Positions 19,741-28,962 of a DNA stretch of 63,154 bases are shown piece after piece (the first letter of the stretch is position 1; each line of letters opens with the position of its first letter). Origin of the DNA: Opitutales bacterium (lineage in GTDB: Bacteria > Verrucomicrobiota > Verrucomicrobiia > Opitutales > T3Sed10-336); NCBI GenBank assembly GCA_022565335.1, contig JAIUMY010000005.1, positions 1 to 63,154 on the forward strand, in the 5' to 3' direction. Position numbers and translations under genes: made by a program. The notes beneath the pieces were generated by a model. It did no database searches, was not told where the DNA came from, and saw only the letters and a list, made by a program, of their open reading frames with translations.

Positions 19741-20596
19741 GGCGACGATAGATTTCTGCGAATTCCTTTCGGAATCGCTCAAAAAGCCTGGATTCGTCAA
19801 TTCGTCCCTCCCGGGCAAAGGCCACGTTTAAAGACTGACAATACGTCGTGAGAATCTCTCCCACCGGTGTAGGAGCCAACTCCATCTCCGACACACTGGC
19901 ATCTTCTCTCTGTAAGTTGGCCAGAACTTCCGATCCCCAGCGAAGGGATCCACTCGCGTGAACATCAACAAAAAACGGTTCCTTCCCCTCATAACAACCC
20001 AATAGAAAATGCCCCGGTGCCTTTACGGTCTCCAGTCCCAGACGGCACCGGGTCGCAATAAGCGCATATAAAAGCATCAGCGTGAAAGCCCCCCCCCGCT
20101 TGGTGTAGAGAACTTCTTGCGGAAGGAGCAAGGAAGTATCTTCTTCCTGGCGGCGAACCAGGCGAAATCCATGCTCGTGGAAAAACACCCGGTTCAAAAG
20201 CTGACACTTCTCCCGCACCGACATCGGTGGCGCAAACAGCTCCCGAGCTCGGGCCGCAATTTGGTCAAGTTTGAAACAAAATTCCGAATGGTTCAGTTGC
20301 GGACTGACCGCCCTGGTCAAAATTAACAAACCCGTTTCCAGCTCGTAATTCATCGAACGGATAAAATCAAGCCCCTCCACCGTTGGGTGATCTCTGGCCA
20401 AAGCCTCTAGAAAATGACGAGCTGCAATGGCCTCCCAACGGCCCAAGGTCACTGCTTGATGGTGTAAAAAATCCAAAGCTTCCTCCCCTGCCCCACGCAA
20501 TTCTTCAAGTAAAGCTTCGCGAACCTTCGGGGAAGGATCATCGGCCAAAACTTGAAAAGCTTTGCGGAACTCTGAACTGAGATTGTTCTTTGTCAC
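19727..20596 (-). CDS. SirB1/transglutaminase-like (Transglut_core2) protein; start uncertain
   Basis: LNRVFFHEHGF, VLYTKRG, APGHFLL, FFVD. Confidence 0.7.
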   Translation of the reverse strand: MTKNNLSSEFRKAFQVLADDPSPKVREALLEELRGAGEEALDFLHHQAVTLGRWEAIAARHFLEALARDHPTVEGLDFIRSMNYELETGLLILTRAVSPQLNHSEFCFKLDQIAARARELFAPPMSVREKCQLLNRVFFHEHGFRLVRRQEEDTSLLLPQEVLYTKRGGAFTLMLLYALIATRCRLGLETVKAPGHFLLGCYEGKEPFFVDVHASGSLRWGSEVLANLQREDASVSEMELAPTPVGEILTTYCQSLNVAFAREGRIDESRLFERFRKEFAEIYRRHAQP

Positions 20597-20732
20597 AGGT
20601 GTAGTATGCGCCGTTTTTCCCCTAAATGGCAACCCTCCTCGAAAAAATTCCCCCAAAAAAGAATTTCCTCATTTTCCTATCGGCACCATGCCTGCGTTGG
20701 TATACTTTAAATCCCTTTGTAACGAATTCGCC

Positions 20733-22187
20733 ATGCCTTTGCATCTGCACGACACCTTCACCCGACAACTCAAAGAAGTCCGTCCCCACGACGGACAATC
20801 CCTGCGCTTTTATTGCTGCGGCCCGACCGTTTACGCCCCTGCCCATATTGGAAATTTGCGCACTTTCGTCCTACAGGACGTCTTCCGCCGCACCGTCGAA
20901 GCAAATGGCATATCGGTAAAACATATTCGCAACCTCACCGACGTGGACGACAAAACCATTCGGGCGGCCAACGAACAAAAGCTTCCGTTAGAAGACTTCA
21001 CCCGCCCTTGGATTACCCGCTTTCAAGAAGATTGCCAGTCTCTCAATATGCTCCCTCCAAGTGAGGAACCCGCCGCGACCGCACATATCCCGGAACAAAT
21101 GAAACTAATCGAAACATTGCTCGCCAAAGGCCATGCCTACGCCACCGACGATGGTTCCGTGTATTTTAAAGTCAGTAGTTTTCCTTCCTATGGGAAACTG
21201 TCCCGACTCGACGAACGGGAACTCCAGTCCACTGTCCCGGAGGGCCCCCAGGACGCCGACGAATACGAAAAAGCCGACCGCTCGGACTTTGCCCTCTGGA
21301 AAGGAAGAAAACCAGAGGATGGAGAGGTTTTCTGGGAAACTCCCTGGGGCCGGGGAAGACCAGGTTGGCACCTCGAATGCAGCGCGATGAGTATGGCCGC
21401 GCTAGGCTCAACCCTCGACGTTCACGGCGGCGGGGTCGACCTCGTTTTCCCCCACCACGAGAATGAGATTGCCCAAAGCGAGGCCTGCACCGGACAGCTC
21501 TTCGTTCACCATTGGTTTCACTGCGCCCACCTCATGGTCGAAGGTGAGAAAATGTCCAAAAGCTTGGGGAACATGTACACCCTCGACGATCTTACCAAAG
21601 ATGGCCTCTCTCCGCTGATCGTCCGTTTCGTTCTCCTGTCCGGCCACTACCGCCAACAATTGAATTTCACTTTCAACGCTCTGCATGCCGCCAATGAAGC
21701 CTTGCGAAAATTCAGCCAAACCCTTTTGCGCATTATTCCCCGGGCCGAAATTGATCTCGCCACTTTTCGTCACTGGTGCCGCGCCCCCGGCGATCAAAAT
21801 GAACTCTTTAACGAGTCACCGTTGCAAAATGCCTGGAATCTCCTCTGCCGCGACCTGAACACCTCCGGTGCCTGGGGCCAATTAATGAAACAACGCGGGC
21901 GCTGGGAGAAAGAGAAAGATCCCGGTATCTTGCAACGGGACCTGCAAGCTCTGGCCCACTTACTCTACGCCCTGGGCTTGGAACAGCTTCCCTTCGCCCC
22001 GGAAGAGGAAAAAAGCGAACCCGAAGCTCCTGCGGAAATTCAAACCCTCGCCGAAAAACGCTGGCAAGCCAAAGCGAACCGGGACTTTGCCACCGCCGAC
22101 GAACTTCGCGACAGCCTCAAAAACAAAGGCTGGTTGGTTAAAGATTCCCGCGACGGCTACACCCTCCGCCCCGCAACCAAATCATGA
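20733..22187 (+). CDS. cysS: Cysteine--tRNA ligase
   Basis: CGPTVY, HIGN, DFALWK, GRPGWHLEC, FPHHENE, KMSKS. Confidence 0.97.
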   Translation: MPLHLHDTFTRQLKEVRPHDGQSLRFYCCGPTVYAPAHIGNLRTFVLQDVFRRTVEANGISVKHIRNLTDVDDKTIRAANEQKLPLEDFTRPWITRFQEDCQSLNMLPPSEEPAATAHIPEQMKLIETLLAKGHAYATDDGSVYFKVSSFPSYGKLSRLDERELQSTVPEGPQDADEYEKADRSDFALWKGRKPEDGEVFWETPWGRGRPGWHLECSAMSMAALGSTLDVHGGGVDLVFPHHENEIAQSEACTGQLFVHHWFHCAHLMVEGEKMSKSLGNMYTLDDLTKDGLSPLIVRFVLLSGHYRQQLNFTFNALHAANEALRKFSQTLLRIIPRAEIDLATFRHWCRAPGDQNELFNESPLQNAWNLLCRDLNTSGAWGQLMKQRGRWEKEKDPGILQRDLQALAHLLYALGLEQLPFAPEEEKSEPEAPAEIQTLAEKRWQAKANRDFATADELRDSLKNKGWLVKDSRDGYTLRPATKS

Positions 22188-22681
22188 AGAACACCAACCC
22201 ATACTCCCTCCGCACCGGCCTCGGTTACGACATTCATCGCATGTCCTTCGGTCGGCCCTGTGTCATTGGCGGAGTAACCCTCCCCTTTCCCTACGGACCC
22301 GATGGCCACTCCGATGGAGACGTTCTTACCCACGCAATTTGCGACGCCTTGCTCGGCGCTGCCGGAGAACCCGATATCGGAAACCTTTTTCCCAACACCG
22401 ACCCGCAGTATCAGGGTATCGATTCGCAAAAATTGCTGGGACAGGTAAATCGTCGTTTGCGCGAAAAAAACTTTCAGATCATCAATATCGACGCTACCGT
22501 AGTCGCTCAAAAACCTTCCCTGCAAAAACATCGGGAAACTATCGCCAAAACCCTTTCCCGCACCCTTGGACTGGAACCCGGGCAGGTTAATATAAAAGCG
22601 ACGACCAACGAACAGCTGGATGCCATCGGCCAAGGCCTCGCCATTTCCGCTCAAGCTATTTGCCTGCTGTTTCGAGAATAA
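22184..22681 (+). CDS. ispF: 2-C-methyl-D-erythritol 2,4-cyclodiphosphate synthase
   Basis: GYDIH, GHSDGDVLTHAICDALLGA, NIKATTNE. Confidence 0.95.
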   Translation: MKNTNPYSLRTGLGYDIHRMSFGRPCVIGGVTLPFPYGPDGHSDGDVLTHAICDALLGAAGEPDIGNLFPNTDPQYQGIDSQKLLGQVNRRLREKNFQIINIDATVVAQKPSLQKHRETIAKTLSRTLGLEPGQVNIKATTNEQLDAIGQGLAISAQAICLLFRE

Positions 22682-22787
22682 AAAACGAAGTTCGGCCTTG
22701 CGGGAAATGTTTTTGCTTCCGAACATTGACCATGCAGCATTTTTCGTGCTAGATAGAGAATTAAACAGGATTTTCTGATAATTCTTT

Positions 22788-24248
22788 ATGTCTTCAATTA
22801 GCCAAGGTTTCACGCAATCCCAAAAAATGGCCCAGAACATGGTTCTGGCGCCACAATTGCGGCAATCCTTGAAAATCCTCCAAAGTAGCGCTCTTGAGCT
22901 GCAGACTGTCATCGCCGAGGAACTCGAAGTAAACCCCACCCTGGATGACTCCCCGATTGACTCCGTTAGCATTGAGGAGCCTTTGGCTGACCAAAAAAAT
23001 CAGGACGAGCAGAGCGACAACCACGACTCCTCACCTTCCGACGAATCGTCCGATGAATTCGAGATCCTGCGACAGTTGGATGAGGATTCCCGCGAATTTT
23101 ATCGCGATTCCAATCACACCAACAACTACGACAGCGAAGACGAACGCCGGCGACAGCATTTTTTCGACTCCATGGTCGGAGAAACTTCCCTACAACAACA
23201 CCTCATGGAGCAAGCCAAACTGTCTGGGCTTGATGACCAAGGCTTACAGGCCATGGAGTATTTAATCGGAAGCTTGGACAATAAAGGCTTTCTAACCAGT
23301 CCTCTCAGCGATCTCTCACTCCACTCAAACCTTCCCCTGCGGTCCCTTCAAAAGGCTCTCGAACAATTGCAATCTTTCGATCCTCCGGGAATCGGTGCTC
23401 GCAACCTGCAAGAATGCCTTCTCCTCCAACTGCGAAGCCATCACCACGAGGAATCTTTGCCGGTCCGTTTAGTCAGAGACACTTTTGACCTTCTGATGCG
23501 TCGGCGCGTCCCGGAAATCGCCCGAAAGTTGCAATGCTCCGTTGATGACGTTCAGGAAACTCTCGAAAAGATTTCTGAATGTGATCCAGCTCCGGGAAGA
23601 CGCTTTAGTGATGATGAAAATCGTACCGTCACCGCAGATGTTATCGTCGAATATGAGGAAGGGGAATTTACCGTAACCCTAAACAACGACTTCATCCCAC
23701 GCCTGAGAATTTCCCCAACCTACAAGGAAATGCTGGCCCGGGGGCGCCTCAAAGGGAAAGAGAGGGAATTCATCCGCGAAAAAATACGCTCTGGGAAATT
23801 CTTGATCAGCTCCATAGAGCAAAGACAACAAACATTGGAAAGAATCACCTGGGTAATTATCCGTTATCAAGAGAATTTCTTTAAAGAAGGTGTCTCTAAA
23901 CTACGTCCCCTTACCATGACCCAGGTAGCCAAGGAAGTTGGCGTTCATGAAACTACGGTTTCCCGGGCGATTGCCAATAAATACATAAAAACCCCTCATG
24001 GACTATTCGAAATGAAATATTTCTTTACCCCTGGCTACCAGGGGGAGGACGGCAGTGCCGTTTCCAACAAAAGCATTAAAGACATGATTTCCGCCATGAT
24101 TGACCGGGAACCACCGGAAAAGCCCTTGAGTGACCAAAAGATTGTCAATCTTTTGAACGAAAAAAATATCACCATCGCCCGCCGAACCGTAGCCAAATAC
24201 CGCGAAAGCATGGGAATTTTGCCCGCGAAGCTCCGGCGGCAGTATTAA
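22788..24248 (+). CDS. rpoN: RNA polymerase sigma-54 factor
   Basis: PQLRQSLKILQ, HETTVSR, RpoN box ARRTVAKYRE. Confidence 0.96.
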   Translation: MSSISQGFTQSQKMAQNMVLAPQLRQSLKILQSSALELQTVIAEELEVNPTLDDSPIDSVSIEEPLADQKNQDEQSDNHDSSPSDESSDEFEILRQLDEDSREFYRDSNHTNNYDSEDERRRQHFFDSMVGETSLQQHLMEQAKLSGLDDQGLQAMEYLIGSLDNKGFLTSPLSDLSLHSNLPLRSLQKALEQLQSFDPPGIGARNLQECLLLQLRSHHHEESLPVRLVRDTFDLLMRRRVPEIARKLQCSVDDVQETLEKISECDPAPGRRFSDDENRTVTADVIVEYEEGEFTVTLNNDFIPRLRISPTYKEMLARGRLKGKEREFIREKIRSGKFLISSIEQRQQTLERITWVIIRYQENFFKEGVSKLRPLTMTQVAKEVGVHETTVSRAIANKYIKTPHGLFEMKYFFTPGYQGEDGSAVSNKSIKDMISAMIDREPPEKPLSDQKIVNLLNEKNITIARRTVAKYRESMGILPAKLRRQY

Positions 24249-24381
24249 CCAATAGCAAAAATTTCCCGCTTCAGGGAATAATTCCCACTAAGAATCGTTC
24301 CCATATTACTATAGGCCTCTTTTATCAAATGCCTTAACCACCAATTGTTTCTCTATTCCTCCAACTTAAACCACCTTATTT

Positions 24382-24852
24382 ATGAAAAACCTTGTTTTCG
24401 CCATTCTCGCCGTCGGCCTCGGGGCCTACGCCTTCACTCAATTTGCAGGAGCTAACGAACCTCTCACTGAAGACCAGAAAAGCAGTGCGTGGACCGAAGA
24501 CTACGATGCTGCACTGGCTGCCGCCAAGGAGAAAGATCAAATGATTCTTTTAAACTTCACCGGATCAGACTGGTGCCCGCCCTGCATGCACATGGAATCT
24601 ACCGTCCTTCATGAAGACAATTTCATCTCCGCAATGGAAGGGAATGTGGTCTTGGTCACTCTCGATTTCCCTCGCCGCACCGAACAACCTCAAGATCTAA
24701 AAGAACGCAACCAAGCACTGGCCCAGGAATCGAACGTCAGCGGATTTCCCACTTTCGTTTTGCTTGATAGCGAAGGCAACGAAGTCCGTCGCACCGTGGG
24801 CGCCATGCGCGGCGGACCCGAGGCTTTTATTAAGTGGGTACAAGAGGGCTGA
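24382..24852 (+). CDS. Exported thioredoxin-family protein
   Basis: Signal peptide, FTGSDWCPPC, GFPT. Confidence 0.9.
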   Translation: MKNLVFAILAVGLGAYAFTQFAGANEPLTEDQKSSAWTEDYDAALAAAKEKDQMILLNFTGSDWCPPCMHMESTVLHEDNFISAMEGNVVLVTLDFPRRTEQPQDLKERNQALAQESNVSGFPTFVLLDSEGNEVRRTVGAMRGGPEAFIKWVQEG

Positions 24853-24873
24853 TTATTAACCAGCTGGTTCCCT

Positions 24874-25218
24874 TTACAGCCGCGTATCTTCGGATTCGCG
24901 GCTTTTTTCTTTTCGAGGCGCCAGACTTTTGCGGGAAACATGCGTCAAATTCCACTCCTCAGGAGGGAGATCAATGCCTCCTGGGTGAAAAGGATGGCAT
25001 TTGACGAGCCGTAAGCAAGCCAGGATCACCCCCTTCACAAAACCATGCTTCAGCAAACACTCCTTCGCATAACAGGAACAGGTTGGATAAAAGCGACAAG
25101 TTCCCCCGAAAGCACCTAACAAGAAATTTTTAACCGGCGAGAGCGTTTTTTGGTACACCCAGATAAAAGCTAAAGCCAACAAGCGGGGACCATCTCTTAA
25201 CTTGCGCCAAAATACCAT
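24874..25218 (-). CDS. yidD: Membrane protein insertion efficiency factor
   Basis: YQKTLSP, CRFYPTCSCYA, KCHPFHPGGID. Confidence 0.9.
   Translation of the reverse strand: MVFWRKLRDGPRLLALAFIWVYQKTLSPVKNFLLGAFGGTCRFYPTCSCYAKECLLKHGFVKGVILACLRLVKCHPFHPGGIDLPPEEWNLTHVSRKSLAPRKEKSRESEDTRL
24878..24908 (+). terminator. Intrinsic terminator of the thioredoxin gene
   Basis: AGCCGCG-TATC-TTCG-GATT-CGCGGCT stem with a cUUCGg loop followed by TTTTT. Confidence 0.7.
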
Positions 25219-25219
25219 C

Positions 25220-26332
25220 TCACAGCGGACACTGTTCAGAAATTTCCAAACCATACCCCTCTAACCCCACCACGTGCTTAACCCCACTGGAGGACAGAAG
25301 TCGAATTTTGCGCAGACCCAAAGCCGTCAAAATCTGCGCCCCGATGCCATAATCACGTACATCCATCCCCCCGGGCTCTGGCAGAATTCCACTCAAATTT
25401 TTCTCCAAGAGACCTTTGATGCCTCTTTTTTCCTGGGTTATATACACGAAAGCTCCTTGCCCTTCTTGGGCAATTCGCTGAAGAGCCTTTTCCATACTCC
25501 CGTGATTTTTCCAATCCGTCCCAAGAAATACGTCACTCAGAATATGTTCACTTTGCACCCGCACCAAAAAAGGCTCAGGGCCCGGAGTCCCAAGAGTCAG
25601 GGCAAAATGCAGACGATGGTCGAGCTTACTGCAAAACACCGTCAGATTGAAGTCTCCGTAAGACGTTTGAATGGGCCTTTCCAGTACTTTTTCCACCAAT
25701 TTCTCCCGCTTCCGGCGATACTCAATCAGCGAGGCAATCGATATCATTTTGAGCCCAAAGCGGTCACGGAATTCTATCAATTCAGCCAAACGAGCCATCG
25801 AACCATCCTCGTTCAAAATTTCACAAATTACTCCGCTCGGATGCAAACCCGCCAGAGAAGCCAGATCCACCGAAGCTTCCGTATGCCCGGCACGCTCCAA
25901 GACTCCCCCTGCACGAGCTCTTAAAGGAAAAACATGCCCCGGTTGGACCAAATCCTCTGAAGTTGCCTTCGGATCCGAGAGAATCCGAATAGTTCGCGCC
26001 CGATCATAGGCACTGATTCCCGTCGTAATACCCTCCGCAGCATCCACCGAAACCGTAAAATCCGTTCGGTGGGATTCACGGTTATCCCTGGACATCTGAT
26101 GCACTCCCAAACGCTTCAGCTGATGATCCGTCGTCGGCACACAAATCAGCCCCCGGGCATGACGAATCATCATATTCACTTTCTCCGGCGAAACCTTACT
26201 TGCCGCCATAACCAAATCCCCTTCATTCTCCCGATCCTCATCGTCCGTAACAATCACCAACTCCCCCGCACCAATAGCTAGGATCGCCTCCTCCACCGAA
26301 TCAAAGATACTCTCATCAGAAACTTTCATCAT
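25220..26332 (-). CDS. ribB: DHBP synthase fused to a degenerate GTP cyclohydrolase II domain (RibBX type)
   Basis: DDEDRENEGD, FTVSVDA, PGHVFPL, RAGHTEA; the C-terminal domain has VRVQSEHILSDVF with no Zn cysteines. Confidence 0.88.
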   Translation of the reverse strand: MMKVSDESIFDSVEEAILAIGAGELVIVTDDEDRENEGDLVMAASKVSPEKVNMMIRHARGLICVPTTDHQLKRLGVHQMSRDNRESHRTDFTVSVDAAEGITTGISAYDRARTIRILSDPKATSEDLVQPGHVFPLRARAGGVLERAGHTEASVDLASLAGLHPSGVICEILNEDGSMARLAELIEFRDRFGLKMISIASLIEYRRKREKLVEKVLERPIQTSYGDFNLTVFCSKLDHRLHFALTLGTPGPEPFLVRVQSEHILSDVFLGTDWKNHGSMEKALQRIAQEGQGAFVYITQEKRGIKGLLEKNLSGILPEPGGMDVRDYGIGAQILTALGLRKIRLLSSSGVKHVVGLEGYGLEISEQCPL

Positions 26333-26384
26333 CTCACCATAATCCAAAAAACCTCCCCCGCCAAGCCCCGACAATCCACAACCC

Positions 26385-28038
26385 GTCAATAATAAAAATT
26401 ACCCGGAAATTTATAAGGAAACCTGCCCTGATACCCATATTTTGTAACCTTACTTATGTATTTCCCCATGGGATGGGCTCGAACATTACAAAATACAATC
26501 AATTTACCTCTGCAAGATCGGGCTTAGCGGGTTTTTGCCTTTGATTCCTTCTTATTCCGGATTTCTTCGACACACTTTACACTCTCGTAGATAAAAAGTC
26601 TGTCTCGCACGCCACGATGTCGTGTTTCCTCTTTTTAATTGATTGATGCAAAAAGAGAGCCCCAGGGATTTTGGAGGTCTTTACTTACGATGTTACCCCA
26701 GAAGGCCAATCACTTTTCTGTTTTTCATCCAAGGTAAGCCCCTTGGTGGCCGGCAATAATCTGGTTGACCCACCGTTCGCTTTCTGGAGTCGCAGTAAAC
26801 TGCGGCGTTATTCTATCTTACGTTAGGCCCGATTCTTGTGACCACAGAGGAGAGCAGAAGCAAGCTTTCGCATCAAATAGAGAGGCCACGCCTAAAGTTA
26901 GTCCGCATTCTTTAAATCCTGCATTTTGGCGAGCCCCAAAGCCGCAAAGGTTTCTCAGGATGTTGTCGGCTTCTAATCTATTTTTTCCAAAAGCGCCTTT
27001 TACTACTGCTAACTTCGGCGAAAACACTTTCTTTTGGAGGAGAATTTGTCGCCAAACCCATTTCTCCTGCAAAAGTCTCCCAAACCCCCCGGACGAAATC
27101 TAATGTTCCCACAACAAGGCCCCGGTTAAGAGGAGCTACCATGTGCCGCCAGACGGACTCCTTTTCAGCGGGACGATTGGCTAAAAAGGCACTGAGCTCT
27201 GACAACTCACCGACCGCCCCTTTGCCAGCCTTGGCAATACTGCCACGGCCCAAGAGGAAGTTGCCATACTCTTCCAAAAAGCATGAAACATGACCTGAGA
27301 CATTGGGGTTATATAACTTTATAAGTTCCCGCATGCCTGGTCGAACCGCTTTGTGGCTTTGGGCTTCCCCGTAACCACTAAAAGCATAATTTCCCGGATC
27401 GTCGACCAAACCGGCACGCACCGGATTCAACTCAATATAGGCGGCTACGGTAAGAAGGGCACGACTTCCGGGTTCGACCAGAACACTAACAAATCGCTCG
27501 TTCCAGACTGGGCCAAATCTTTTACGGTGGACATTTAGCCAAATGGCAAAACGCTGTTTAAACGTCTTCATAAATTGGGAAAGATCGTGCATACGCACCA
27601 GAAGACTAGCTCGCATTTTCTCGGCCCGTTCCCCACCCCTTTTAAGGATTTCAGCCACTTCCTCGGGCTCGGGAGGTTCGTATCGAATCGCTCGCTCACT
27701 TTCCCTTAATTCCCGGTCCTCCTTATAAAGAATTCTATAGCGGGCAATCAATTCTTCATCAGTGAGCTTAATTTTACTTTTGTCAGGGACTTTCACCAGT
27801 ACGTGGAAATGATTGGCCATCAGACAGTACGTCAGAATTTCCACACCGGAAAATCCAGCAGCCCTAAAAAGCATTCTTCGCATGACCCCTTTTTCTTTTA
27901 TCCCGAGAAATCTCTCTCCATTCACCGTTCTGGATAAAACATGATACACCCCCTCTCCCTCTTGAATAACAATTCTCTTCATCCCCCCAGCTCAGCAAAT
28001 ATCGATCCATTGTCAACTATATAAATTACCTGCTAATT
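26385..28038 (-). mobile_element. Putative HUH (RAYT-like) element 2, bounded by imperfect direct repeats
   Basis: GTCAATAATAAAAATTACCCGGAAATT (26385-26411) and GTCAACTATATAAATTACCTGCTAATT (28012-28038) match at 21/27 and flank the HUH gene plus ~570 nt of non-coding DNA. Confidence 0.6.
26978..27982 (-). CDS. RAYT/TnpA(REP)-like Y1 HUH transposase (complete)
   Basis: YHVLSRT, YCLMANHFH (HUH), WNERF, AYIELNPVRAGL (catalytic Tyr), YAFSGY. Confidence 0.92.
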   Translation of the reverse strand: MKRIVIQEGEGVYHVLSRTVNGERFLGIKEKGVMRRMLFRAAGFSGVEILTYCLMANHFHVLVKVPDKSKIKLTDEELIARYRILYKEDRELRESERAIRYEPPEPEEVAEILKRGGERAEKMRASLLVRMHDLSQFMKTFKQRFAIWLNVHRKRFGPVWNERFVSVLVEPGSRALLTVAAYIELNPVRAGLVDDPGNYAFSGYGEAQSHKAVRPGMRELIKLYNPNVSGHVSCFLEEYGNFLLGRGSIAKAGKGAVGELSELSAFLANRPAEKESVWRHMVAPLNRGLVVGTLDFVRGVWETFAGEMGLATNSPPKESVFAEVSSSKRRFWKK

Positions 28039-28092
28039 AAAATAATGAATTTTTGCTTGTGGTGGGGGTCTAAATTGGACCAATTTGGAGGG

Positions 28093-28962
28093 GTGTTTGA
28101 GCAAGTGACTATTTTGGGGGCGGGGCTTTTGGGAGCTTCGTTGGGAGAAGCGGCGAAATTGAAGAATTTGGCCGGTAAGGTGCATGTTTGGGCGAGAAGG
28201 AAAGAAATTCGGGAAAAACTGAATGCCGGGGCATCTTGGTGTGATCGGGCTTTTGCCCAACCTGCGGAAGCTGTCAAAGGGGCCGATTTGATCGTCGCAT
28301 GTACCCCTGTGGAGCATATTGTCGAGCTTTTCGCGGACATTCGGGACTCTATTAGAAATGATGCATTGGTTACGGATGTTGGAAGCGTTAAACAACAAAT
28401 TTGTGAAACTGGTCGCGCTTCTTTTTTGGCAAAAGGGGTTTTTATCGGATCTCACCCGATGGCTGGGTCAGAAAAAAGCGGCTTGGAAAACGCCGATCCC
28501 CGACTTTACGAAGGACGGAATTGCTTCGTCACTCCCTTCCCTGATGAGAATATTGACGCAGAGATCACAAAATTGCGAAATTTCTGGGAAAGTCTGGGAA
28601 TGCGGGTCACCCTAACCTCTCCGAGCGACCACGACTTAATCGTCGCGCATATAAGTCATTTACCCCATTTTCTGGCCTCGGCCCTGGCTTATCATTTATC
28701 AAAGAAACCTTCCTCCTGGGATAATTTGTGCGGCGGGGGCCTGAAAGACACCACACGTATCGCCGCGGGGGATCCAGGAATGTGGACGGATATTGCGAAA
28801 CAAAATCGTGGACAAATCCTCTTAGCTTTGGATGAATTCGAAGAATCACTAAAGCATTTGCGTGAACATCTTCATGCAGAAGAGGCCCACGCCATCAAAG
28901 AATTTTTAAAAACCGGTCAAACCTATCGCCGTAGACTGCCTAGCTCCTATGAATCTGACTGA
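28093..28962 (+). CDS. tyrA: Prephenate/arogenate dehydrogenase
   Basis: GAGLLGAS, TDVGSVK, HPMAGSE, SHLPH, DTTRIA; GGAGG precedes the GTG start. Confidence 0.9.
   Translation: MFEQVTILGAGLLGASLGEAAKLKNLAGKVHVWARRKEIREKLNAGASWCDRAFAQPAEAVKGADLIVACTPVEHIVELFADIRDSIRNDALVTDVGSVKQQICETGRASFLAKGVFIGSHPMAGSEKSGLENADPRLYEGRNCFVTPFPDENIDAEITKLRNFWESLGMRVTLTSPSDHDLIVAHISHLPHFLASALAYHLSKKPSSWDNLCGGGLKDTTRIAAGDPGMWTDIAKQNRGQILLALDEFEESLKHLREHLHAEEAHAIKEFLKTGQTYRRRLPSSYESD

Noticed and set aside
26390-26980. FMN riboswitch upstream of ribB
   Set aside because: The conserved RFN segments (AGGGCGGGGTGAAATTCCC...CGGT) were not found on the minus strand.
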